From positions 74,086,397-74,150,396 of the forward strand of contig NC_068991.1 in assembly GCF_001194135.2 (NCBI RefSeq): a stretch of DNA of 64,000 nucleotides. The letters are read 5' to 3'. Under the pieces are notes generated by a model. That model did no database searches and was not told the DNA's origin. It was given only the letters and a program-made list of their open reading frames with translations. The DNA comes from Octopus bimaculoides (lineage: Eukaryota). Positions 1 to 14,393 of the stretch are shown here, in pieces. The number at the start of each line of letters is the position of its first letter. Within the stretch, counting starts at the first letter, position 1. The position numbers and the translations under genes are program-made.

Positions 1-979
1 GATTTCCTTCAATCCACACCCTTCCAACTGCTTCTAATATGCATCTGCCCAAATGTAGAGGTGTATTTAAACTGCCTCTGGCTCTGAGTACAAATGCCTT
101 GTTTTCATAAGTTTTGAATTAAAATCTTCCACCAAACCTTAGTTATAATTTATGTTCCTAACACTAGCTTAATGATAACTAATTTATTTTACTAAATTCT
201 TTGTTATATTTAAAGTAATTGAAAGAAACCCAGAGCATCTCAAAATAAATACAGTAACGAAAGGGTTAATCTATACTCCAAACATCTACTTAATGACTGT
301 TACTTTACTAAGTTCTTCATAGAATCAAGGATGGTCTCATGGGTTGGTATCAAAAGAAATGGATGGAAAGTAGGAGGTATAGTGGCTGTTTGTTTTAGCA
401 AGGCCAGATCCTCCCACACAATAATATTAGTGTTGGTAGGCAACAGCTTTTTTTCACTTTAAGACCCTTTCTAGTGCTGACCTCTTTTCTGTGATGTGAA
501 GGATTGGTATATTTTGAAATAAAGCTAATTTATTTGACTCCTCTCTGCACCTTGTTTCCTGGTTTCTTATATAACCTGATATAAGCACACCCTGTGCTGT
601 AGAAGTGATGTGTTCCTAGAACTATTTCCACAACAAGGAGTTCCATAATGCAGAATGTACTTTTGCATTGATTCCATGTTCATTGTGCTCCTGAACATTT
701 CAGTGTAACAAAGGAGTTCCGTTAAGTGAATCCTGTTTTTCCATTGACTTCATGCTACATGGAAGTCAATGTTTCTGCAACACAGATGATGGCTGTACAA
801 AACTTGAGCTTATTTTTAAATGAAAATATACAATGATAATTTATCGAAGGGCATATCTTAAAATTTGAGTCTGTTTCTCATTCTAACCATTTAAGCTATG
901 AAATAATTATTTATTTTCATCTGAATGGAAAATAGCAAATAACTCAGTGGCAGCTTAAGCCTTTTGTTGGTATATTTCT

Positions 980-1210
980 TATTTCTTTATTGCCCACAAG
1001 GGGCTAAACATAGAGGGGACAAACAAGGACAGACAAAGGGATGAAGTCGATTACATCGACCCTAGTGCGTAACTGGTACTTAATTTATCGACCCCGAAAG
1101 GATGAAAGGCAAAGTCGACCTCTGCGGAATTTGAACCCAGAATGTAACGGCAGACGAAATACCGCTTAACATTCCATCTGGCATGCTGACATTTCTGCCA
1201 GCTCATCGCC
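980..1210 (-). mobile_element. tRNA-derived SINE family B (Meta-domain-like core), full length, 16 bp TSD
   Basis: Reverse complement of ggcg..gagctggcaga..gttagc...gagttcaaattcc..gtcgactttgcctttcatcctttcggggtcgataaattaagtaccag...aataaagaaat. TSD TTGTTGGTATATTTCT at 964-979 and 1211-1226. Confidence 0.9.
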
Positions 1211-1931
1211 TTGTTGGTATATTTCTGTTGAAAAATCCTGCTTTTGTTTGAATTAATTTTGAAAATAATAAAGAATTTAGTAAATTAATTTTGTCATTAT
1301 CAAGCTGATGTTGGCACATATATTAAAATGAAACTCTGATGGAAGTTTTTAATTTTGATAGTTTTAAAACAGGAAGTTTGTATCACAGACTAAGAAGTGG
1401 TCTTGTGTTGGTTGGTATTAAAAGGGTGTCTAACTTCCGTGTTCCTCATCCTTTGCAAATTTCAGTCAATTGAATCTGTAGCTTACTTTTGCGAAAGTTG
1501 ATTAAAACTTTTCAAATATTATCTTGGAAAAGATTTTAAGTTATGATGGTGATTACAATAAATCTGAGTGATTGAAATAGGTTTTCCTTGAAAGAAGACG
1601 TATTTCAAACAACTAATTAAGGTTTGCTACTTAAAGATATTCCAAGCATATTTCCAGCAGCTAATTAAGCTTTCCTACTTAAAGGTGTTCCAGTATTTTG
1701 AGCTGTTCATCAGAATTACTGGTTTCAAGTTATAATTAGTATCTGAACATTAATAATTTCAACACTTGTTTTTGTGATGATGAAACGGTTAATATTTGAG
1801 TCTTAACATTTATTGTGACTAAGGCGGGGAATATTTGTGTATTCTTCTGTCACTTTCATTGTAATGAGATAATCTGCATAGTTGGAAAAATATTTATTGG
1901 GATCTGTAGCAGGTTCGACAGACTATAGTGT

Positions 1932-1978
<47 letters not shown>

Positions 1979-1979
1979 T

Positions 1980-2755
1980 AAGGCGCAGGCATAGCTGTGT
2001 GGTAAGAAGCTTGCTTACCAACCACATGGTTCCGGGTCCAGTCCCACTGTGTTGCACCATGGGCAAATGTCTTCTATCAAATCCTTGGGCCGAGCAAAGC
2101 TTTGTGAGTGGATTTGGTAGACGGAAACTGAAAGAAAACGGTGAGCTGGCAGAATCGTTAGCATGCTGGGCAAAATGCTTAGCGGTATTTCGTCTGCCGT
2201 TACGTTCTGAGTTCAAATTCCACCGAGGTCGACTTTGCCTTTCATCCTTTCGGGGTCGATAAGTTAAGTACCAGTTATGCACTGGGGTTGATGTAATCGA
2301 CTTAACCCCTTTGTCTGTCCTTGTTTGTCCCCTTTATGTTTAGTCCCTTGTGAGCAATAAAGAAATAAGAAGCCCGTCATATATATANNNNNNNNNNNNN
2401 NNNNNNNNNNNNNNNNNNNNNNNNNNNNNNNNNNNNNNNNNNNNNNNNNNNNNNNNNNNNNNNTATAGCCTCGGGCCGACCAAAGCCTTGTGAATGGATT
2501 TCGTAGACAGAAACTGAAAGAAGCCTGTCGTATATATGTGTGTGTGTGTGTCTGTGTTTGTACCCCCAACATCGCTTGACAACCGATGGTGGTGTGTTTA
2601 CGTCCCCGTAACTTAGTGGTTCGGCAAAAGAGACCGATAGAATAAGTACTAGGCATCCAAAGAATAAGTCCTGGGGTCGATTTGCTCGACTAAAGGCGAT
2701 GCTCCAGCATGGCCACAGTCAAATGACTGAAACAAGTAAAAGAGTAAAAGAGTAT
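1980..2755 (+). mobile_element. SINE family A head with nested SINE B (2137-2366), then a gap and a further SINE A body/tail
   Basis: Head ggcgcagg..agctgtgtggtaag..ggtccagtccc. SINE B interrupts the gaaactgaaagaa|gcccgtc junction and aagaa is repeated on both sides. Tail ends in aaagagtaaaagagta. Confidence 0.85.
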
Positions 2756-5700
2756 GTGTGTGTGTTTGTGTGTCTGTCTTTGTCCTTCTCCATTGCTCGA
2801 CAACCGATGTTGGTGTGGTTACGTTCCCATAACTTAGCGGTTCGGCAGAAAAGACATGAATCCCTAATGTGACTCTGTAACCAATGATTCTCGAGTGGGT
2901 AGTACTGCTCCTTGAAGGGTGGGGGAATATTTTATATGACTGCTAGGGGCAAAAGGAGTGCAGGAAGTGATATATGTAGGTGTACAATTTTGTTTCTTAA
3001 TCTTTGATTCCTATTTAAATATTAACTTTAAAATATTTTTTAATATTTTGACAAACTGCTTGTTAGCTGCCATCACAGCAACAAGTGGCTCTTGGTGCTC
3101 AATACCACAGATTTGCTTGTCAGTTGTTTGACCATGACTAGTTGAGTGTGTCCCTTGGTGGTTGATATGTGCATCTCTGATCAAGAGCAGAAGTAGTGGG
3201 GGAGCATCATAGCCATGTGTTGAGAGGAGTGTTTTGCTCAACATCCTTAAACAAACCTTATTCAGAGACCTTTTGAGCGGGATGGGCTACTTGACCTGAA
3301 GAAAATTCTAACTGGGCCCCACCTGCGAGGTCATGTGCTGTTTAATCTTGATATGAGATCACCATGTTGGGCACATACAGTTGTGATGCATGTGCCTAGT
3401 GTACCCTTATCAGATGGGTAGCCATGATGGGTATACTGGGCTTCATATATTTCTACCCCAGTGTCACTTTGATGGCATGCGTTACTCTCTCACTCAGTAA
3501 TAATAGTAATAATAATAATCCTTTCAACTAAAGGCACAAGTCCTGAAATTTTGGAGGAGGGGACTAGTTGATCACATCGACCCCAGTGTTTCACTGATAC
3601 TTAATTCCCCCAAAGGAATGAAAGGCATGTCGACCTTGGCAGAATTTGAACTCAGAACATAGACTTTTGAAATGTGAATAAGTAAATAAACGATAGAATA
3701 TATACCACCCATGCTTACCCCCTTTTCTTATAGCAGTGTGGTAACTAGTCACCTATGCCAAACTGGTATCCGGATCTGACTCACTGTGGCCTGATATTGT
3801 GTGTTGGTGCTTTAAAAATTGTGTGAAGATGTTCAACTATATGGTGGGCTGTGAGGAAGAGGAGTTTTTAAAAAAAGGGGTGGTGGTGAGGGGGTTATAG
3901 CTAAAAGAAAAATTGAGAAGCAATACTGCAATACTGCAATACTTTGTACATATATCTAGAATAAAAAAAATAAAAACAGGATTATCTTGTTTTGGAGTAA
4001 CTTTGATCACAGCCTTCTGAACCACACAGCTAAATATGGGGGGTGAACAACGATTCTATGCGTTTGGAAGTTATTTACTTTTGTTCAAATTGCCAGTCTG
4101 TTGCAAATTTGTAAATTTTTTTCTTAATGTTTCTTTCTTTTTCCTTTGTTTTCTAAGCAAACAAAACAGTTGTCTGTATATACAGTGTTTTAACTGAATA
4201 AAGTTCATTTACTGCCAGGTCATTAAGAGCTAATTAATCTTCGTCTGGGGTCCAGTGTTAGTGAAGAGATACAAGTAGACTACAGTCTTAATGACCTGGT
4301 GTAATTTTGTGTGGTTATAATAATCTGTGATTAATACATATTTACTCTTAGCTTCTCTCCTTATCACGACCTACCTGTCTGTCTCTGTACCACACACCCA
4401 CACCAACCCACATACATTCATTTTATCATCATGCATTTATGAACGATAGCATCATTCGTTATAGGCTTCCAATAGATTACTCATTGGTTCATTGCATTTC
4501 CGATGGTGATTGATGATGCATTTGTTCCTAGGCCTTTGTATACCTGTATCTCATTGTCTGTGATAGCTATTCCAACAATTTCTGGAAGTTAGTTCTGAAT
4601 GTTGATAATCGAGTGAAGAAAGCTGTCGTGTGGGTGTCTTAGAAACAGACGTGGAGAGGCCTTCTGCAAGAACAACTGTACTGGTCTTTGTGAAAATGAT
4701 GCATTTCATACTATGATGGTAGCACATTGTTCTGCTGGACTGTGATTTACATGCATTTTGTAGAGCAGTGTTGCTCTACAACCAACATGTTTTCTATCTC
4801 ATAAGCTGTTGAGGAATTTGTTCATTGCACTAGCTTTGTCAGTTCTAAGACCTTTCCTGAAGACTGCTGTGTGTTGGTGAAGTGTTCTGTGTGAGGCATT
4901 AATTCATCACACAGGTGAATTAATGCCACAGATTTGTGCTTTCAAAACAGTGACTCATCCTATCTATTTCCAGTGCTCCAGGCCTCTGTGCAGCTCTGGT
5001 ATACAATGGGGATATATCTACTTGCACCCACCTACTCCTGTTAATGGTTACTTTTTGGAATATGAGCTGCCTTTTTAAAGGCAAGCTGCAATTCCTAAAA
5101 TGCTGTACAAGGTTTGATGGGGTTTTCCCCCTCCCCCTTTTGACTTCTTGATAAAAACCATTGTTTACTAATTAGAACAGTGGTCTTTAGTAGACTACTG
5201 CAAAATGTGACTGTGTGGATATCTTAGATATAACTGTAAAACCCTGGTGGGTAGGTAGCCGCTGGTACTTAACATACATTTTACATTCATTGAGACTTGG
5301 TACACTTAGAGGATCTGACTGCTGTACACAAGGAGGAGAACTTAACACTTAAACACTAATACAAATATACATGCATACGTATATGGTTCTATTTTAGCCA
5401 TTATACTTAAGACCATTCTGAAGCACTGTCATACATGCACATGTTACATACATGTGTGTGTATTTATACACACAATCCCACATGTATACATATAATTTTG
5501 GTTACAAATGTGAGTGCACGTTTATTTACCTGGGAAACAGTTGTGATTCATTCCATCACTAGTCTGATTTTCTCATGTGCATACTTTTAGGCAATGTCAA
5601 GCTGTGTGCTTTTTGATTAAGACTGATTCTCATTGGTCAAGAACAGTCAGGTGGAAAGTTGTGTTGTGTGCACGAGTGGTTGCTGTCTACACTATCAGAT

Positions 5701-7587
5701 AACTGCTTGTTAGGGTTAGAGATCAAGTGTATTGCATTTGGTTGAGACTTGCCAGTCAGGATTTGAATATATTCCAGGAGAAATGGTCTCCTTTCACTGT
5801 TGGGAAGTAAGATTTTGGTTCAGTTAGAGGATCTGGAATTTTTCAGATAAACATAGGATACACTGTTTTTCCTCTTTTTGGTGTTTTAGGGACAAAGGGT
5901 GCCTTGTCCATGATATTTCAGGTTTTTTCAAACACCTTCACTTCTGCCTTTAATTTCTAGATGTGTGTACAGTAATTTTTCTTTATTTCTTAATGTCACA
6001 TTTCCTGTCTATATTATAATGTTGCTTGTTTGTTTGTTTGTTTGTTTGTTTACATGTTACACTTTAGTTTGTTGGAGAGAAGGGAAGGTGGAGTGAGAGT
6101 AAGATAGCAGAGCTACATCCGCTAACCACGTGACAGCATGGTTAGTGGAAGTAAGAGGTTGAAGAGGAAGGGAGAAATGTTAACATCGTGAAGAGGGGAA
6201 TTACATGTTTAAAAAGTTTGAAGTGAGAGAGAGAAAGTACTTAACACAGGGAAATTTTAAAATCATATAATATATTATCGTGACTTAAAGTGAAATAACT
6301 TAAAAAATAGCTGTAGGTTTTTCTTTTCTTTTTAAAGTTGCAATTGAATTGATACTAATCATGTAAATAAAAACATTATGTGTAACTTCTATATCATTTT
6401 GTGTGCATTAATTGTATATAATGTAAAGTAATTACGATGTAATATTGCATAATAAGGAATATGCAATTATATGCTGATTTTGCAGTTTCAGTTAGAATTA
6501 AAAGCTAACGAATGATGTGTGTAATTATGTTATTGTATAGATTGTTACTGTATATTTTTGTATCATTTCTTGCACAGGCAACAATAAGATTTATATACAA
6601 CAAAAATGCAAGTCATCTCTCCTTTCTTAAATAGCTTCTCTTAATTTTCTTCATTCCGTGGACTTTCCCCGGGTCCTGCTAGTTCTAAAGTAAATTAATT
6701 AATTTCTCAGTTTATTATTACTGTGTTAAAGTGTTTTGTATAAGTTATGTTGTGTTTTAGCTCAATATCTACGTAAATCAGCTGTTGAGGTAAAATTACA
6801 AAATTAAAGGATGTGGATATAACTATAAAATTAATTACCTTGGTTCGTTAAGAACAATCACTGTTGTCCTGTCATATCTTAAAATTTCATGTGTCCGCAA
6901 TTCAACATCAACATTTTAGCTGCATTGCAACTTAACTTCAATCTCCAGTGCAAAACCTTCTTCTGATGTCATTATTTTGCTTATTGTTTGTTTATTTATT
7001 TAATTTTTTTTTTTTATATTGTTGCCACTCGGAGTTTATTATGTTGGTGATGTATTTATATAAAGCTAGAATTGAAAGTTTGATATAAAAATAAAAATAA
7101 TAAAAAAAGTCTCCTTGAAATAGAAGCTGTGTGAATATGGCAGTTACTGGCCGTGTTGTAACCATCAAATACTGTGAACTGGCGAGCATTGTTGGCAAAT
7201 TGTTTGGTTTAGACTTTTCCCAAATTGGGAACAGTATGGTAAACAGTGCATTAACAATTCCTTGCTTTCTTTTTTGTCAATTCAGTCCTCATTGTTGCTA
7301 TCTTGTCGACATTGAATTATTTTTCGGCAATTTTTTCCTTCCCCCGTTTCTTTGTTTCCTTTTTTGGCTCTTATATATCTTTGCTTTAATCATCTGGTTG
7401 CTTTCTTGGATTAGATATTTGCTCAATATTTGATGTGCTAAATGCTTTGCCTATTTTCTTTGTCTCTTTTTTGGCAAGGTTCTTATTTTTTCTCTTCTTT
7501 CCTAAATTGTTCATTGAATACCTAACACCACTTCTAGTAACTTAGATAATCTCAACTTTCTGCATCAATTTCTCGTTGACTCTCCAG

Positions 7588-7650
7588 GAGAAAACAAGCT
7601 AAGCATCATGATTCTAGCAGTGGAACAGAGTCCTCTAGTGGCACTGATTG
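7588..7650 (+). CDS. SRPK: SRPK N-terminal coding exon (63 nt, phase 2-2): RKQAKHHDSSSGTESSSGTD(W)
   Basis: Acceptor ttctcgttgactctccag|, donor TG|gtaagt. The frame is open, and TG plus the first G of the 29754 exon gives Trp in frame. Inferred from splice signals and phase, since this segment is not a conserved motif. Confidence 0.75.
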
Positions 7651-8727
7651 GTAAGTACTTATTAAAACTAGGGAGGTAACTCTGTTATGTTCTGGAACTT
7701 GAGTAAATATTCCGCCATTCCTACGAAACACTTTTTAATGTCTGAAATTTGTTGACATGTGGGAATTTTGTTGTTCACTTATTCAGTATGAAAGCAATAA
7801 TGGAAGGTTTATTTATTTACATGTGCCCTTGATTACAAATGCTGGCAAGTGAGCAACGTTTTTGTGGCTGAATTTAATTTGCCCTTAATTGTTGTTACCT
7901 AATCAAATGACCCCATATTTTCAGGCTGAGAATGAAATACCCCCCCCTTTTTTTTTCCTCCTTGTTTTCTGTTGCTATTTAAACTGGTCATGCTGTTTTA
8001 TTACAAACGCAGTTTATGCAGCCTGCTTCTCATGCTTTAAGTTACACTGGTATTTTTTGTCCATTGTGGAGCATGCAGGAACAACAATGAGCTAAACCTA
8101 GTTTAGCATCTCTCAAAAGTAAGTTTAGTCAAATTTAACAAACAGTTTCAGAATCCTTATTTAAAAAAAAAAAACTTTACTTCTATATTAACAATTAAAT
8201 TTTGTTCTGGGTTTTTCAATTCTATTTTTATTTTTACTTTTATTTAATTACTGTTTTTGTTTTAAATTCTGGATATTATATATTTTTTTCCCCCCAGACT
8301 TAATTTAGGAAGTTCTTTAGAAAATTAATCCAGTTGGTTGGTATTAGTGCAAGAACTACTATAAATGGACACAGCTAATAAGCTTCATAAATGGATATAT
8401 CTTCTTAATGAAAGAGTTTTTGTTAGATAGTTCTCTAAAATTAGTCAGAGAAGAAGAAATGTTGATGAATTACGGAATTAGAATAGTTATAATTAGTCTT
8501 TAAAATTTTTCTTCTTCTTCATCCATTCACATTTTGAATGATCTGTATGTGTGGATTTATATTTTTTAATCTGCCAGTGAAAATAGTTCTTAAATAGACC
8601 AATGTCTTCGTGAAGGAACTGAAGGAAGAATACTAGTCTGCCAGCCTTCATTATTGGAATCATTACTTTGAGCTTTGAGCCAGGATAGGGAAAGCACATT
8701 ATTCAACTTGATTTAGCTTATGAAAGT

Positions 8728-8768
<41 letters not shown>

Positions 8769-10679
8769 GTGTCATGGTTGATTAGTTTACAATAAGAGAA
8801 GCAATCACTTGCAAAAAAAAGACTACCCAGAAAAATACAGAGAGAGAGAGAGAGAGAATATGATGGAAATGAAGCTGTTTGATCCCAACTTTGTGGTAAT
8901 ATGTTGATGTTGTTGTTGTTATGTGGAGAAATGAAATTTATTGCAAATGTGAAAGTGAAATATTAACCTAGTTTATTATTTTACTATCTAGGCATAAAGA
9001 AGAGAATGGTTAGCTGTATGTGTGTGTGTACATCTAAAATGATGAGATTGTAGTACAGGTCTAAATGCCAAAATGCCATGCAGTTTTATTTCATTTGTTA
9101 ATTTACATGTTCAAATCACAGTAAGGTCACTTTTGGTTTTCATGTCTCTTGTATCTTTTCAAATTTCTTTTTTTTTCTTTTCTTTTTTTTTTAAATTATT
9201 AATTTTCAAAATTATTCAGAATTTTGTTAATGTTTATTTTTAGTTAACTAACATATTTTTAGAATTAATTTTGTTGTTAAGAAAAATGTCTAAATATGAA
9301 AGAAAATGTGTTGAATCCATGTAATTCTTTCTACATTTGTATTGTTCATAAACACTAAATTTAAATCTAAATCCACACAGGATACTTGAACCAGGAAAGT
9401 ATGTTGAATATATTAAATATCTTTTAAAAAAAAATGCTTAAACATGAGCAATGGGAAAAGTACATCAAAATATTTTGTTAGGTAGAAATGGTTTTCAAAG
9501 ATAGAAATAATGCAGTAAATCATTTAAAGATATGAAGAATATTAATAAAATGCTAACTATGTTATTTATGCTAAGTTTATTGTAATTATTCTTTGAGAAG
9601 AATATTGTATGTTTTAAGAATTAAATTAAGAATTGCTTGGAGCCAAAAAAATTTCCAAGTTTTATTGGTGTTTAGAAGCTAGAAGGCACATGGAAAGCTA
9701 TTACCATATTTGCTAAAACCATGGAAATGTTGATATTCCAAATTATTGTGCATAATTTGTGAATTATAGTTCGTGGCATTGGGGCTAAGATTGTTTGGTT
9801 TCTAAAAAGAAAGAAAAAAAAGAAAAAATTATGTGGATGAATTATTAAGAGAAAAATACAATTATTTTCAAAAATATTTGTAAGTGCTGCTGTTATCTGC
9901 AGAAAATTATCTGTATTTTAAACAGCATTTCTGTTTAAAAATTTTTTCTCGGTGATGACAGCACATTGTATAAACTTTGAGAATAACTGATTGTTATTGG
10001 AACAAGCAAAATGGATTTGGGATTTAGCAAAACAGAAATTGCTTAAGAAAATGTTTTGATATTGTTTATCTTTCCTAAGCTACTGTGCTATAATTAATTG
10101 TTTTTCTTTTATTTTATTTACTAAAGGAAATTTGAAGTTATACTTTTGTGAATTTGCACAACTACTTTCATATTGTAAAAAAAAAAAAAAAAATCCAAAT
10201 ATTATTTTTAATATATGTATTTTGTTTGTTAATGAAGCCAATATAATTATTAGCAAAATTAGCTGTGATGTAGCTATTGCAGGTTTTATACAACTGAGGA
10301 AGCTGATGAAGTGAATATCTGAATGCAATGTTCAGCCATTTTGATTTCCATGATTTTGTTTTTTGTTTTTCCCCTCTTTTTTTCTTTCTTTTTTTTTCTT
10401 TTCTTCTAATATTTTAATAAAATAGATTCATCTGATTATTAACAATTGTTTTGTCCTCCAAGCATTAAGACAAGTTGATTAACTGATTGCTAATGACTTC
10501 ACAAAGAGATGGAAGAAGCAAACTATCTTGCAGATATTTGGAATCAAAGACAGACAGACACATACACGCTCACATCTTGAGAAATGGTGTCAGTAACTCT
10601 GGGACTACAGTAAATTCAGGAAAACGGTTTTAAATGCTATTGGCTTAATCACTGTAATCCTTTTAAAGTCTAAATTTCT

Positions 10680-10910
10680 CTTTGCTCTTTTGCTTGTTTC
10701 ATTTGACTGCAGCCATGCTGGAGCACCACCTTCGGTCAAACTAATCAACCCTTATTCTTATTCTTTGTAAGCCTAATACTTATTCTATCAGTCTCTTTTG
10801 CTGAACTGCTGCATTACGGGGACGAAAACACACCAACATCGGTTGTCAAGCGATGGTAGGGGAACAAACACAGACACGCACACAAATATACATGCATGTA
10901 TATATAAATA

Positions 10911-10966
<56 letters not shown>

Positions 10967-11134
10967 CAAACACACATGATAGGCTGCTTTCAGTTTCCAT
11001 CTACCAAATCCACTCACAAATCTTTGGTCGGCCTGAGGCTATAGTAGAAAACACTTGCCCAAGGTGACATGCAGTAGGACTGAACCCACAGCCATGTGGT
11101 TGGGAAGCAAGCTTCTTACCACACAACCACGCCT
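10680..11134 (-). mobile_element. SINE family A (head + TA microsatellite + tail)
   Basis: Matches the other copies at 22375, 36997, 44014, 53857 and 56120. Confidence 0.85.
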
Positions 11135-11526
11135 CTTTATATATATTTTGAACCTAAATTATTCAATATCAGTTTCTGCTTTCTTCAGAATGATAAAGAA
11201 AGAAAGAAAAAAAGAGAGGGAATAATTAAGAGCTTCCTAATTAAAACACATTAATGTGGACCAATAAAAACTCACCCAATCACTTTACTTATTTCTGCCA
11301 TGTATTTTTATGCTAATACTTTTGAACTGTGTGTCTGTTTTTGAACCTTTTCATTTCTATAAAATAATTAATTACAGTCGTCTAAGTAGTTTGGTAATTA
11401 TGTTATATGCTGGAGTGTCTGTTATTCAAATGGAACATTTATTCCTTTGAAGATGAGAGGAAGTATGATGTAATGTAGTTGCAAGTTGTGTGTATACTAT
11501 TGTCTGTCTGTGTATGTATATATATA

Positions 11527-11580
<54 letters not shown>

Positions 11581-12082
11581 TCTTGCATGTTGATGGTTTT
11601 GGTCCTTCATCAGTTTCAATGATGGTGGTGGGGTTCACTTGTTCAATCAACTATTACCTGCTTGTTGAATTAACATACAAGTGGCTGAGTATTCCTGACA
11701 TGTGTACCTTTTAATGTAATTCTCAAGGCAGAATCAGCATGACAGTATATGTGTGTGTGTGTGTGTGTGATAAGGCTGTACCTTTTGAATTACAGGCACA
11801 GTCTACTTGATGGGCTTCTGTACAGTTTCTATCGTCTCAGTTTAACTCAAAAATGAAGGACTGACTTGAATCCATAGGAGATAACATTTGCCTAAGATGC
11901 CATGCTGTGGGATTGAACCTGAGGCATTGTGATTGCAAAGTGAGCTTCTGAACCACCCAAACAGTGTACACACTTGCTTGTGTGTGTGTGACTGTATGTA
12001 TGTCTAATGTCTAACCCATGACAGCAAGGAAAATGGATGTGAGATGATGAGGATTATGTATGTATGTATGTATGTATGTGTA

Positions 12083-12161
<79 letters not shown>

Positions 12162-14355
12162 GCACACATATTCCCCAACTTATTGGCAATCGAATGTGTA
12201 TTTGTAGTCAACATTCTAATTGATAAATTCTTCAGAAGTTGCAATTAATTCTACCAAACAGAAAACATTGTTTACATTTAACTATATTTTACTAGTTTAA
12301 CTATGAAGTTCTATGAATGTTTAGTTGTTAGTAAAGCAAGAACTCAGATTTAAACTCAGTTCCTCTGTTCCTCTGTTTTGCATTCATATCCATCTTTGTC
12401 GTGCTATTGAACTTCTTTGCTGTGAGACAGACAGACAGAAATGATTGGCGAGACCTGTTTAGTTACCACTAGCTTCATTGTATTTGCATAATGATTTCGA
12501 TGTGTTGGCTGCTACCTTTTTCCTGATATTGTCTGTGACATAAAGAAATTAGAATTTCAGCTTTTAAAATCAACATTTAATCCATCTTGAAGTCTTAAAA
12601 TATGGCGAAATAGATTCCATCCCCCCACCTTTTCCTTTAGTTCTTTATCTTGATAGTCAGTAGCTTGCTGGTAGCAAATATTATTCTTCAGCAATTACTT
12701 GTTTCACATTGTACATTAGTATATTTTTTCGCAAGAGACATCAAAACAAAATAGTTTTTTTTAGTGCGTCTGCAAATAATCTGTGAAATCAATGGTTTTG
12801 ATCCCTAGGCTTTGAGTTCGAACTTAGTTTCGTGTCTGGTTTTCTGCAATTATAACAGCCACCTTGTGGTAGACATAGCCTGTTTAGATATCGTTTCCTT
12901 TGTGTTGGTTTCTTTGAATAAAAATGTTCAACGAAGTTCTTTGAACATAATAAATGTTATGAAATACTGTGTATTTTCAGTGATAACCTGTATTGCTCTC
13001 TCTCTTTCTCTTAACCTTAGAACAACTTAATACACTTGCCCGGCAGATGATTGGGGATTGGACATTTTACAGAATTTTCATTATTCAATAATAACCTTCA
13101 TTGTTTAACGTCCACCTTCCTTGCTAGCATAGGTGGGATGGTTTCACAAGAGCCGGCTAGGCTGAAGCCAGCACCAGACTTCTGTGACTGTTTTGGCAGG
13201 ATTTCTACAGCTGGATGACCTTTCTGGATATGGTTACCCAACCTTTGGTTTGTGAGAATCTTGTAGGAATATATTGATATGCCATTCATGATGTCGACAT
13301 ACCTAGTTGAGGGCTCTTCTATGTATCTTGTGAAGCAGGAGGTAAAGTACTTTGCTAGGTTCCATCAGCTGTCAGTTTCAGGTCCTCTTCAGGCAACTGT
13401 ACATTCTCTGTCTCTTTGGGTTTGAAGGGCTTCATGAAAAAACCTGACTTAAACCAAAAGTCATCTATGCCCATTTTACTGTGGCTTTTTTTCTTTTTCT
13501 TTCTCCATTGATAAAACTTAAAAGTTAAGATAATTATGGCTGGTGATGATCTAGAAGGCACAGCCGTAGTTGCAGGTTTCAGAAGTTTGCTTCCAAACCA
13601 TGTAGTTTCGAGTTAGCCCCAGTGCATGGCATCTTAGGCAAATTATCTTCTAGTTCCCAGTTTGACTAATCTCTTGTGAGTGAATTTGGTAGACACAAAC
13701 TTTAAAAATCCCTGTCATATGAGTGATATTGTCGCCCTGTCAGCAAATCATCAGATTGCTTTGCACTTTTGAAGCTGTGTAAAATAAGAGATCGCTTATT
13801 TGGAAAACAGGTAAAGGTTAGTAATTGGAAGAGCATCTGGTTAGCAATTGGAAGAGCAATGTTTAAATAATCTATCTAGCATCAAAATATGTAAGTAAAA
13901 ATGAATGAACAAAGGATAGTCTTTAATTGAAAGTTTGCAAAATGGTAAAATAATCATTATTTATGCTTTAAGCATAAATAATGATTATTTGGAAATTTTT
14001 TTCTTAAATTATCTGGTACATTCCTTATTCTAGGTAATTTACCAAAAATGTCAGTTAAGCATTGTTATTAACATAAGTTGATTTATCAGCTTTATTATAA
14101 GAAGTATTATCAGCTTTATTATAAGAAGTAACAGCATTATGGAATGTCATTTAATTTTTTTTTATTCATTCTCTTGAATAATGATACCGTTCCGTGGTGT
14201 TATATAAGCATGATAAGAACTGAAATAGTTAAATAAATTTATGAGCAGTTTAACTTCGTTAACTAATAATCACATTGAAATGTCTTCATTGTTCAAGTTA
14301 TAATTCACATTAAGAAGAAAAAAAACGATTCAATGAAGATGAGAGGAATTTCATG

Positions 14356-14393
<38 letters not shown>

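Noticed and set aside
5783-6165. Short ATG-plus-donor candidates (ATG 5783..GAA|gtaaga; ATG 6148..GGAA|gtaaga) in a promoter-looking region
   Set aside because: Phases 0 and 1 do not match the phase-2 acceptor at 7588, and no bridging exon was found.
7131-7433. 100 aa ORF MNMAVTGRVVTIK... as an SRPK first exon
   Set aside because: I found no phase-2 donor in this frame to join the 7588 exon, and the 3' half is a T-rich intronic tract.
7608-7650. ATG inside the 7588 exon (MILAVEQSPLVALI)
   Set aside because: Out of frame with the kinase; it stops within the next exon (TAA at 29852-29854).
10262-10325. C/D-box snoRNA-like arrangement (GTGATGT..CTGA..TGATGA..CTGA)
   Set aside because: The C box is imperfect, there is no terminal stem, and I recognise no rRNA or snRNA guide complementarity.
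11590-11615. Minus-strand CTGATGAAGGACCAAAAC hammerhead-like text
   Set aside because: Stem II is too short, GAAA is mutated, and there is no stem I or III.
14083-14130. 24 bp tandem duplication
   Set aside because: Ordinary slippage event with no evident function.
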